Positions 9,548 to 18,308 of a DNA stretch of 26,866 bases are shown here, one piece after another. Where the stretch lies: the NCBI GenBank assembly GCA_011364925.1, contig RDOA01000049.1, positions 1 to 26,866 of the forward strand, written 5' to 3'. Position numbers and translations under genes: made by a program. This stretch comes from Promethearchaeota archaeon (GTDB lineage Archaea; Asgardarchaeota; Lokiarchaeia; Sigyniarchaeales; SOKP01). The first letter of the stretch is position 1. The number at the start of each line of letters is the position of its first letter. Below the pieces are notes generated by a model that did not search any database, had not been told where the DNA came from, and was given only the letters and a program-made list of their open reading frames with translations.

Positions 9548-10573
9548 TTATGCTTTATATTTTTTTAATAATTCTTCTGGTGTAAAAACTCCATCTTCCG
9601 TAATAACACCAGTAACTAATCTGAAAGGTGTGATATCAAATGCATAATTTAAACACTCAACACCATCAGGAACTATTTGAACTTTCCCTAAAATATTCCT
9701 TACTTCACTACAATCTCTCTGCTCAATTGTTACATCCTTGATCGTTTCATGAAGAGATAAAGTGGAGGTTGGAGCAGCAACATAAAATGGAATTTTATTA
9801 TCATAAGCAGCTAAAGCAACTAAGTAAGTACCGATTTTATTAAATACCGCATCTGAAGTGACTCGATCTGTTCCAACAATTACTTTATCTATTTTTCCAA
9901 GTTTCATTAATAGTCCTGAGGAAGTATCTGATATTACTTTAACAGGAATATTATCGTAGTGAAGTTCATATGCCGTTAATCTCGCACCTTGTAATCTTGG
10001 CCTTGTCTCGTCTGCGATAACGCTAATATTCTTTCCCGCTTCGATGGCAGCTCTAACTGGTGCTAAAGCTGTACCATATTGAACAGTAGCTAAGGACCCG
10101 GCATTACAGTGTGTAAGAACAACATCTCCATCTTTCAACAAAGAAGCTCCATTTTTTCCTATATTTTTATTAACATTGATATCTTCTTGTGCCATAATTT
10201 TAGCTTCCTCAATAACAAGCTCAGAAAGATTTGAAGGATTGTCTGGGAAAGAAACTATAATCTTCCAAACTCGATCTACTGCCCAAAAAAGATTAGATGC
10301 CGTAGGTCTTGTCATACGTATTACATTCGCAGCATTCTCCATTTTTTTTAAAAAATTTTCCTTACCTAACTCCTTGTATTCTATTGTTGCTAATGCCATA
10401 CCCATAGCTGCAGCTACGCCTATTGCGGGAGCACCTCTTATATTCATAACTTTAATAGAATTTGCTACAGCTCTGAAATCGTCGAATTCTAAGAACTCAA
10501 GTTTATGCGGAAGTACCGTTTGATCAATCATCTTAACTTTATTTTCAGCAGTCCATTCAATTGAAGGAATCAT
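9548..10573 (-). CDS. mtnA: S-methyl-5-thioribose-1-phosphate isomerase (eIF2B-like family)
   Basis: DQTVLP, IRGAPAIG, TRPTASNL, LTHCNAGSLAT, ETRPRLQGARLT, GTDRV, NKIGTY, AFDITP. Confidence 0.93.
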   Translation of the reverse strand: MIPSIEWTAENKVKMIDQTVLPHKLEFLEFDDFRAVANSIKVMNIRGAPAIGVAAAMGMALATIEYKELGKENFLKKMENAANVIRMTRPTASNLFWAVDRVWKIIVSFPDNPSNLSELVIEEAKIMAQEDINVNKNIGKNGASLLKDGDVVLTHCNAGSLATVQYGTALAPVRAAIEAGKNISVIADETRPRLQGARLTAYELHYDNIPVKVISDTSSGLLMKLGKIDKVIVGTDRVTSDAVFNKIGTYLVALAAYDNKIPFYVAAPTSTLSLHETIKDVTIEQRDCSEVRNILGKVQIVPDGVECLNYAFDITPFRLVTGVITEDGVFTPEELLKKYKA

Positions 10574-10671
10574 ATTAATCTTAAATATTCCAAGATTTAA
10601 ATAATTAAATTAGTATTTTTTTTAGTCATATCATTTAAGAATAGAACTAACATTAAGAAACTCATCTTACA

Positions 10672-12309
10672 ATGGAGCAATCGTCTCTTATCAAAAACCT
10701 ACAATTAGGTTTACCTTGGAATCAGTTTATGAAGGAAATGGAAAAATTAGGTTTTTACAGAGAAACATTAATAAATACTTCTAAAGAAACGGAGTGTAAA
10801 TCTAGTTATCAATCGAGACAAAATGGGTTCATAATGCTAGTAGGGAATCCAATTCAAGGAAGTGCAATTAGAGATGTTTCCCTTCTTCATTTAAGACCAC
10901 ACATTTTGTTTCAACCAAAAACAGAAATTCAGTTAAGAGAAATCTTACGGAATTCACAAAAATTCGGGATCCCTATTACATTTGCTGGAGGAAAAACAGG
11001 GCTTTCTGGAGGGTATAGTAACTATGGGATAATTATTGATATGGTTAAGTTTCAATATTATGAAGAACCTTTTACATTCAATTTTAAAAACAATACAGTC
11101 AGAGTTAATCAGAATGTTCTGATTTCAGATTTAATCAAATACACTATAATCAGAAGCGATAATGAGTTAATCTTTCCTGTACAGCCCGCAAGTTCTCTAA
11201 AACTGCCTGTAAGAGTAGGAGGCTTGATCGCTTCAAATGCTAGTGGAGTCACTTCAGGAAAATTGGGTTCTGTCGAAGATTGGATAGAAACAATAAAAGT
11301 AATGAAACCAGATGGGAAGGTAATTGAAATTGATAAAGACGACCCTCTCTTTTTTAGAATTGTAGGTGGAAATGGATACTTTGGAGTAATATTAGGTGCA
11401 ACATTTAGATTATACCGGTCTGAAACTAACTTAAAACGAGCTATATTGTATGGATACGATATAACTAGTGCATTTAAAGGTTTGCAATCTGTTCTAGATT
11501 CAAAAATTTTTCCTTTAGTTAGTGAATTTGTTATATCTGACTTGAAATTACCAGGTAAATTCAATAAGCTTGGAGAAAAAAAAGCAATCGATGAAAGTGT
11601 CAAATGGGCTGTTATGATTAAAGGCGTCGTATATACAATAGATAAATTTATAGAAACTATGAATAAAAATGCTCGTTGTTATTGGGATCTATTAACTGAA
11701 GAGGAATTCCAAGATTACCTCCAAGAACGATCCGCTTTTGCTTTATTAGTTCAAACAGAAGATTCTACAGCAGATTTCATTGCGTTCCCTGGATTTGAAG
11801 ATATTTTGAGCGAGCCTAAACACTTGCCTAAGACAATTGAAGTGATCAATGATGTTTTCACTAAGAAAGGATTTCATAAAGTTATTTTTGGCTATGGTCA
11901 TATCAATTTTAGGAAAGGTCAAGGATTACTATTACATATGCGCCTTCCAGTTCCCATCGAGTATTTCTACAAGGAAAATAAAGAAAAAATGCAACTTGTC
12001 TGCGAAACTGTTTACGAAGTAATTCTTATTCTTAAAACAAGGTTTAATATCAAACATAAAGCAGAACACAGTGCTGGTCCATTTAGAATCTGGTTGGACT
12101 CTGAATTCAGGAGGTTATTAAGAAAGAGCGTAAATGAGGGTGAGGCATTTAAGAGTCCTCATTTAGCAATATTTGATGAGCTTATTGTTAGAAATTTAAA
12201 AATCTCAATTAATGATTTAATGGAAAAAGATAAGGATGAAAATATTTCAACAAATTTAAAAAAGGAATTATTTATAACTGCAATGATTTCTTACTTAACA
12301 GGTGAATAA
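10672..12309 (+). CDS. FAD-linked oxidoreductase, VAO/PCMH family (GlcD or D-lactate dehydrogenase-like)
   Basis: P...AGGKTGLSGG FAD loop, VGGLIASNASG, GGNGYFGVI, and degenerate C-terminal GH...LH and AEHSAG motifs. Confidence 0.85.
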   Translation: MEQSSLIKNLQLGLPWNQFMKEMEKLGFYRETLINTSKETECKSSYQSRQNGFIMLVGNPIQGSAIRDVSLLHLRPHILFQPKTEIQLREILRNSQKFGIPITFAGGKTGLSGGYSNYGIIIDMVKFQYYEEPFTFNFKNNTVRVNQNVLISDLIKYTIIRSDNELIFPVQPASSLKLPVRVGGLIASNASGVTSGKLGSVEDWIETIKVMKPDGKVIEIDKDDPLFFRIVGGNGYFGVILGATFRLYRSETNLKRAILYGYDITSAFKGLQSVLDSKIFPLVSEFVISDLKLPGKFNKLGEKKAIDESVKWAVMIKGVVYTIDKFIETMNKNARCYWDLLTEEEFQDYLQERSAFALLVQTEDSTADFIAFPGFEDILSEPKHLPKTIEVINDVFTKKGFHKVIFGYGHINFRKGQGLLLHMRLPVPIEYFYKENKEKMQLVCETVYEVILILKTRFNIKHKAEHSAGPFRIWLDSEFRRLLRKSVNEGEAFKSPHLAIFDELIVRNLKISINDLMEKDKDENISTNLKKELFITAMISYLTGE

Positions 12310-12341
12310 CTTTAAGTTTTAATAATGTTATACGATCATCG

Positions 12342-13187
12342 ATAATTTCTTGTTCAAGAAGAACAGATATCCCAGCATTTCTAATGGATTGGGTAATTGA
12401 AAGAATCCAAATTGGTTATGTGGATGTTGTAAATCCCTTTAACCGAAGGCAATTATCTAGAATATCACTTAAAAATGAGGATGTAAAGTGCTGGGTATGG
12501 TGGAGTAAAAATTTTGACGAATGGATCAAGTCCTATAAAAAGCATATAGAACTATTCAAATCTTATAAAGGACATTATTTTCAATTTACGATAAACTCTC
12601 CTTCTGAATTAGAACAGAATCTTACAATTTCTTTAGAAGAAAGATTCTCTCAACTGAATTGGTTAATTAGAGAGTTTGGGTCAAATTCTATAAGTTTTCG
12701 ATACGATCCAATTATATTTTACAAAAAAAAAGGTGAAAAAAGAGTAAGACACAACCTAGATAAATTCAAATATATTATTGAAACGATTTCCTCCCTTGGA
12801 TTGAAAGACATGATATTCTCTTTTGCAACAATTTACTCAAAAGTAAATAACCGAATGCAAAAGAGAGGTTATATTCCAGTTGATCCGCCTCTGAACAAAA
12901 AAAAAGAAATTCTCAACCGTTTGCTAGATGTTTGTACCAGAAATGGTATAAAAATGGAAGCATGCTGTCAACCCGATTTAGTTGATAATGAACGGATAAT
13001 GCAAGCTAGTTGTATTGATGCTGTTAAAATTGAAAAAATAGTAGGGGAAGTTATTCAAAAAGTTAAAGACACAGGACAAAGAAAAGATTGTGGGTGCTAT
13101 AAGTCCAAAGATATCGGCGGTTATTCTGGAATGTTTCGGTGTAAGCATAATTGCGCTTATTGTTACGCATCACCAGCGAAAATATAA
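12342..13187 (+). CDS. DUF1848 family protein (radical-SAM-related, C-terminal CxxxCxxC); start uncertain
   Basis: In-frame IISCSRRTDIPAF upstream of the called ATG at 12384, then NPFN, WSKN, QFTIN, FRYDPII, CID, QRKDCGC..SKDIG.Y...CKHNCAYCYA. The start shown is the first Ile of the conserved motif. Confidence 0.85.
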   Translation: MISCSRRTDIPAFLMDWVIERIQIGYVDVVNPFNRRQLSRISLKNEDVKCWVWWSKNFDEWIKSYKKHIELFKSYKGHYFQFTINSPSELEQNLTISLEERFSQLNWLIREFGSNSISFRYDPIIFYKKKGEKRVRHNLDKFKYIIETISSLGLKDMIFSFATIYSKVNNRMQKRGYIPVDPPLNKKKEILNRLLDVCTRNGIKMEACCQPDLVDNERIMQASCIDAVKIEKIVGEVIQKVKDTGQRKDCGCYKSKDIGGYSGMFRCKHNCAYCYASPAKI

Positions 13188-13242
13188 CTTAATTTGTTAT
13201 TAATATGTATAGTTCAGATATTGGGCGAATATTTTAATAAAT

Positions 13243-13905
13243 TCACCCAAAGAAATATTCCATTATGCTTCTTTCTGCTTTCTGAATATGATTTAAAATT
13301 GCTGATGAGCTGATTTTGAAATGCTCTGCAATTTTCTCCGTTTTGATTTGTTTAGGTACTTGAAAATATCCATTCCGAGTAGCGAAGATCATGATCTCTT
13401 TCTGTCTATTCGTAAGATTTGGCATTGTATTCATTGGATTCGCGATAGATTCGTCGATATTTGATACTGACAGCAGCTGCATTGACCTGAATAATTCATG
13501 TTGCGTTAAAACATCATTTAATTCCTCCTCCTTCGCGATAACCCCAAATATGACAGCATCTGGATCAAATTTAATGGGAGGTATCAAAGCAAAAGATTTT
13601 GAAAGAAAAGCTGGCCAGAAACCCGAAGTATTCCGTTGCTTCATAATAACGAGAATCTCGTCTGACTTCTTCTCGAGAATTTTATATGATTGTGCGAAAA
13701 AAAGTTCTCGGAGAATTTTATCAAGTTCATTAATTTTTCCCTTTTTAAATATGATTTTATTCAATGCAAAGAAATTATTGCTATCATATTCATATATTTG
13801 AAGAACCTCTATATACTCAATTACTTCGAAGTAGTTGGGTAGTCCAAAATCTAGAATTGTTTTTGATGGTATTTTTATTTTCAATAGACGCATTCGTTTT
13901 TTCAC
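13243..13905 (-). CDS. Transcriptional regulator with C-terminal HTH_10 (bacterio-opsin activator-type) domain
   Basis: LTNRQKEIMIFATRNGYFQVPKQIKTEKIAEHFKISSSAILNHIQKAE matches the LTxRQ...A...GYF..PR......lA....is.......LrkAe pattern. GTG start at 13905 or ATG at 13893. Confidence 0.9.
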   Translation of the reverse strand: MKKRMRLLKIKIPSKTILDFGLPNYFEVIEYIEVLQIYEYDSNNFFALNKIIFKKGKINELDKILRELFFAQSYKILEKKSDEILVIMKQRNTSGFWPAFLSKSFALIPPIKFDPDAVIFGVIAKEEELNDVLTQHELFRSMQLLSVSNIDESIANPMNTMPNLTNRQKEIMIFATRNGYFQVPKQIKTEKIAEHFKISSSAILNHIQKAERSIMEYFFG

Positions 13906-14017
13906 TTTTATTTAAAGAGCTTTAGTTAACAAGTATTTATTAATAGAATATTATTTAAAAAGCTTATTCTACCAACCCCAAGGATTATATGATCTTAATT
14001 TTTTGTGATCATTAAGT

Positions 14018-15043
14018 ATGATTAAAAATTACACATTAATTCCCTATCGGGAATTAGATCATGGTAATTTTGACGAAGAATGGCCACCACATCAGAAAGC
14101 TTCAGGATGGTGGTATATTACTGGATATTTGTCAGACAAACAAAACCTCGAACATCTTTATTCGTATCAATACACAGTTGCGCAAGGACAGGTACTTGGG
14201 AAAAGAGTATATATTTTGCATATGGCTCTCTCAGATTTGAAAAATGGTACTCACCTATTCAAGCAAGAAGTTAGATTGTGGAGAGGGAAGAAAATTAAAG
14301 CAAATCATGATGAAGTTATATATGCACCGCATACAATTTTATCTAAAGAACAAAAACTATTAAACCTTGAAATAACTACCGACGAATTCGACATATCCCT
14401 GATTTTGCAAAAAGAAAAGGAAGCAATCTGGCATTGTAATGATGGTGTTCTTGTTATGGGACTTCCTGATGATCCTAGACAGCGTACCGTTTATTATTCT
14501 TATACAAACTTGCCAACTGAAGGAACTCTAGTCATTCGGAATAAATCGGGGCAAACAAACGAGTTGGAAGTTGTTGGAAAATCATGGTTTGACCGTCAGT
14601 ATGGGCCATTTCGCCTTCTTGATAGAGCTTCTCACTGGGAATGGTTCTCGTTTCGATTTTTCGATGATGAAGAGATCATGTTATTTTACTTCCCACAACA
14701 CCCGTATATGGATGGAACTTACATAGACAAGCAAACGCAGACTACCAGATTGCAGAATTATGAAATCAAGCCTAAAGACTTTGTTAAAAAAGGAAGCTCT
14801 AAATACACTTTCTCATTTGGTTGGGATGTCATCATACCGGGTATTAAGGAAGAAAGCTATGAGCTCAAACCTCTATCTGGAGGCCAATTTAACATAGCTT
14901 ATTTTGAATTATTGGCAGAAGTTTTAAACTCGAAAAAAGAACGAGTTGGATATTGTTTTGTTGAATTAATTTGTGGAGCGAGAAATGAGCTACATTTATC
15001 GCAACAAATTGGTAACTTGATGAAGAAAAAAAATGATTCTTAA
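14018..15043 (+). CDS. CrtC/AttH-like double lipocalin-fold protein (carotenoid 1,2-hydratase/prenyl hydratase superfamily)
   Basis: H...GWWYITG, YYSYTNL..EGTL, GKSWFDRQYG, WEWFSFRF, YFE...GYCFVEL; no signal peptide evident. Confidence 0.82.
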   Translation: MIKNYTLIPYRELDHGNFDEEWPPHQKASGWWYITGYLSDKQNLEHLYSYQYTVAQGQVLGKRVYILHMALSDLKNGTHLFKQEVRLWRGKKIKANHDEVIYAPHTILSKEQKLLNLEITTDEFDISLILQKEKEAIWHCNDGVLVMGLPDDPRQRTVYYSYTNLPTEGTLVIRNKSGQTNELEVVGKSWFDRQYGPFRLLDRASHWEWFSFRFFDDEEIMLFYFPQHPYMDGTYIDKQTQTTRLQNYEIKPKDFVKKGSSKYTFSFGWDVIIPGIKEESYELKPLSGGQFNIAYFELLAEVLNSKKERVGYCFVELICGARNELHLSQQIGNLMKKKNDS

Positions 15044-15067
15044 AAACACAAAAAGGTGGTAATAAAG

Positions 15068-16033
15068 TTGAAAGTATTGTTAACGGGTGCATTTGGTAAT
15101 GTAGGTCAAAACACTTTGAAGCAACTAATCATGCGGAACCATGATGTGACCTGTTTTGATTTACCAACTTCGCCTAATAAAAAGATATGTGCTAAATTGT
15201 CAAAAAAATTGCAATTTAAAATCATCTGGGGCAATATTCTTAACAAAAAGGATTTGAGTGAGGCTGTTGAGGGAATTGAATGTATTATTCATCTAGCGGC
15301 CATCATCCCACCTTTAAGCGAAGAAAAACCAGAATTAGCACGCAAAGTAAATGTTGATGGAAGTCGGAATCTGATTGACGCTGTAAAAAAGTTACCAAAT
15401 AAACCAAGGTTCATATTGGCAAGTTCTGAGAGTGTTTATGGCGTTACAATGCATTTGAAGCCTTCTGTGAGAGCAGATAATCCTTTAGATCCCTCTGATA
15501 ATTATTCACGCTCAAAAGTAGAATGTGAAAAAATGTTAATAGAAAGTGGACTTCCTTGGATGATCCTGCGGCTAGCTGCCGTTTCTGTCGAAAAAATTCC
15601 TCGTAAATTTGACTCTCTCTTATTTGAAATGCCACTTGACCAACGCATTGAATTTGTCTCCTCAAATGATTGCGGAATTGCGTTTGCAAATGCCGTAATG
15701 ATTAACGAGATTAACAAGATATTTCTGATTGGAGGTGGTGAAGGTTGTCAGCTTTTAGAAAGAGATTTTTTAAAAGGATTGTTCGATGCCTTTGGATTAA
15801 AAATGCTTCCAGAGAAAGCGTTTAAAGTAGCTAAAAAAAAGGAAGATTGGTTTTATATTGATTGGATGGACACCAAAGAATCCCAAGAAGTCTTGCATTT
15901 CCAAACCATGACATTTCAGCAATACATTAATAAAATGAAGCATGACTATCGAATAAGACGATTAGGTGTCAAAATTATTGCCCCCCTTGCGAAACTAGCA
16001 CTGCTAAGAATGTCTCCTTATTTTAAATTTTGA
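15068..16033 (+). CDS. Extended SDR, NAD-dependent epimerase/dehydratase or 3-beta-hydroxysteroid dehydrogenase-like
   Basis: KVLLTGAFGNVG, IIHLAAIIPP, VNVDGS, ASSESVYG, YSRSK (YxxxK). TTG at 15068 is preferred because AGGTGG (15054-15059) then serves as the ribosome-binding site; GTG at 15056 is the alternative. Confidence 0.88.
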   Translation: MKVLLTGAFGNVGQNTLKQLIMRNHDVTCFDLPTSPNKKICAKLSKKLQFKIIWGNILNKKDLSEAVEGIECIIHLAAIIPPLSEEKPELARKVNVDGSRNLIDAVKKLPNKPRFILASSESVYGVTMHLKPSVRADNPLDPSDNYSRSKVECEKMLIESGLPWMILRLAAVSVEKIPRKFDSLLFEMPLDQRIEFVSSNDCGIAFANAVMINEINKIFLIGGGEGCQLLERDFLKGLFDAFGLKMLPEKAFKVAKKKEDWFYIDWMDTKESQEVLHFQTMTFQQYINKMKHDYRIRRLGVKIIAPLAKLALLRMSPYFKF

Positions 16034-16088
16034 AAAATAGGGAATTAATACTTAGATAAAACTAAACTTTCATAGAAATAAAAAGAAA

Positions 16089-17240
16089 TCAAATAGCTTT
16101 TTGAGCTTTTCGGGTTTGTTTTATAGTAATAAGAGGCTTTTTGTTGTTAGTTAAATAAGCACCAACATAGCTAGCTAACTCTTCGACTTCTTCCCTATGA
16201 GCAAATAAAGCGCATGGTACTCCTTCAGTTTCTAATAAATGTTCGTTTTCTCTGATTATTTTAAAGAATTTACTCTTTAATCCTTCCTCTAATGACGAAG
16301 TCTTAAGATTATGAGTTGCGATATTAGAAACAGGACACGGTGTTAGATCTCCTGACGGTGTAACGTGCGCGAATCCTCGCCCGGCAGAAACACAGCCACC
16401 AAAATATTCTTCATCCCCGGGAGAATGAATTAAATATATTCTTTTATTTGATCGATATTCGAGAATTTTAGCTCTAAACATTTCTCTTTCTTGTTCAGTT
16501 AACATAATGGAAGAAGTAATATCCTTTTTCGAAGGAATGTATTCTAAAAAGAATCCAATACGAACTCCCTTTTTGATTAACGAGTCTATTAGCTGAGGAT
16601 TCATCCAATGCTCGTAATTTAAACCGTTTATTGTGACTGAAATACCATTAAACACACCAATCTTATTCAGGCGATTTAATGTATCTAACGCTTTCTCGTA
16701 GACACCTTCTCCACGTCTGTAATCTGTAGCTTCGCGATCTCCTTCTAAACTTACTATAACTCCAGTGTTTTTTAGTTTCTTTAATATCTTGTAATCGTTT
16801 TCCGTGAGAGCAGTCCCGTTTGTGAAAATTAAAAATAACCTGTCGCTAAATTCTTTACTCAGTTCTAATAGTCCCGGAAAAAGAAAAGGCTCTCCTCCAG
16901 CAATTATATAAGCAAACACTCCTAAGTCATTAGCCTCTTTAATTATACATCTCCATTCATCAATTTTCAACTGTGAACTTGACGCAATGTTTAATGTACC
17001 AGCTGCAGCTGCGTAACAACCAGCACAGTGGAGATTGCATTGTTTAGTAATACTCAAAATCATGAATGGTGGAACAAGATAGCCTTCTTCTTTTGCTTTA
17101 TTTCTCAGTTCAATTGAATTCTTAAGTGATTTCACTAATTTTTTGAACACGAGTAAATATTTCGGATGACGAAGAATCCAAGGTGCGAACACCTTAGCCA
17201 TATTATTATCTACAAGGTTAAGGGTTTTTTTTATTCCCAT
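16089..17240 (-). CDS. Radical SAM protein with SPASM/Twitch-type C-terminal domain
   Basis: CNLHCAGCY (CxxxCxxC), AGGEPF, IFTNGT, VSLEG, DYRRGEG, and GGCVSAGRGFAHVTPSGDLTPCP...C. Confidence 0.92.
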   Translation of the reverse strand: MGIKKTLNLVDNNMAKVFAPWILRHPKYLLVFKKLVKSLKNSIELRNKAKEEGYLVPPFMILSITKQCNLHCAGCYAAAAGTLNIASSSQLKIDEWRCIIKEANDLGVFAYIIAGGEPFLFPGLLELSKEFSDRLFLIFTNGTALTENDYKILKKLKNTGVIVSLEGDREATDYRRGEGVYEKALDTLNRLNKIGVFNGISVTINGLNYEHWMNPQLIDSLIKKGVRIGFFLEYIPSKKDITSSIMLTEQEREMFRAKILEYRSNKRIYLIHSPGDEEYFGGCVSAGRGFAHVTPSGDLTPCPVSNIATHNLKTSSLEEGLKSKFFKIIRENEHLLETEGVPCALFAHREEVEELASYVGAYLTNNKKPLITIKQTRKAQKAI

Positions 17241-17377
17241 TTTCTTCTATTTCAGATTTGATATTATTATTATTGAAAAGTATCACGTAAAATATAATAT
17301 TTCAATAGACCAATTTTTGAAATTGAAAAGACAAGTATCAATCGAAAAGAATTGAATGATTGTGGTAAAGAAATTAC

Positions 17378-18277
17378 TTAAAAATCATTAATTTCAAAAT
17401 CAGAAAAAATTAATTTAATTCTCTCTTTGTTTTTCTTGTCTAAAAATTCCGAATAATCGTACTTCGGCGTAATTCCAATCATCAATGATTTAGAGATCCA
17501 GAGTGGATTATAAGATAACAAGATTATCTTTCTCACATTTAACTTCTTTAAATAATCAGCTAATTTACTTAAATTATCTTGAGTATCAGTAATCTTAGGA
17601 ATAAGAGGAATTCTTGGTACTATTTTGATTGATTTTTTTTTAATAAGATCTTCAAAATTGGCTAAAATTCTTTCGTTGGAAACATTACAATATTTTCTGT
17701 GCAATTCTGAGTCAAAAATCTTTAGATCAAAATAAATCAAGTCGAGATATGGTAAAATTAATTCGTAGAATTTTTCTCGATTGTAATATCCACAAGTTTC
17801 AATGCAAATATGTATCGCTTCCTTTTTGAGTTCTTTCACTAAATCTTTAACGTAATTTATATGATAGAGCGGTTCCCCACCAGAAAGAGTTACTCCTCCA
17901 CCAGAATTTTGAAAAAATATTCGATCTTTCAAAATTATATTAACTAAGTCTTTTATACGATACTCTTGACCAACAAATTTTAAAGCACTATTAGGACAAA
18001 CTTCAATACACCTACCACACAGATTACATTTTGTGCGATCTATTCGAAACTCATAAGAAAGATCTATCGCGTTTTGATTGCATTCTTCTATACACGCAAA
18101 GCATTCTCTACAAATATTTTTATTAAAAGATAATTCTTTATTTGGAGATTTAGCTTCTGGATTTTGGCACCAAACACAAGAAAGGGGACATCCTTTAAAG
18201 AAAATCAAAGTTCTTATACCTGGCCCGTCATCTAACGCGTTTCGTTTTATATCGACAAGTAAAGTTATATTTTCCAT
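17378..18277 (-). CDS. Glycyl-radical enzyme activating enzyme with 2x[4Fe-4S] ferredoxin insert
   Basis: DGPGIRT.IFFKGCPLSCVWCQNPE, CRECFACIEEC and CNLCGRCIEVCP, GGGVTLSGGEP, IETCGY, YFDLK, PRIPLIP; 31 nt downstream of the GRE gene. Confidence 0.96.
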   Translation of the reverse strand: MENITLLVDIKRNALDDGPGIRTLIFFKGCPLSCVWCQNPEAKSPNKELSFNKNICRECFACIEECNQNAIDLSYEFRIDRTKCNLCGRCIEVCPNSALKFVGQEYRIKDLVNIILKDRIFFQNSGGGVTLSGGEPLYHINYVKDLVKELKKEAIHICIETCGYYNREKFYELILPYLDLIYFDLKIFDSELHRKYCNVSNERILANFEDLIKKKSIKIVPRIPLIPKITDTQDNLSKLADYLKKLNVRKIILLSYNPLWISKSLMIGITPKYDYSEFLDKKNKERIKLIFSDFEINDF

Positions 18278-18308
18278 TTTAATAGCTGAAAATTATAAAA
18301 AAAATAAA

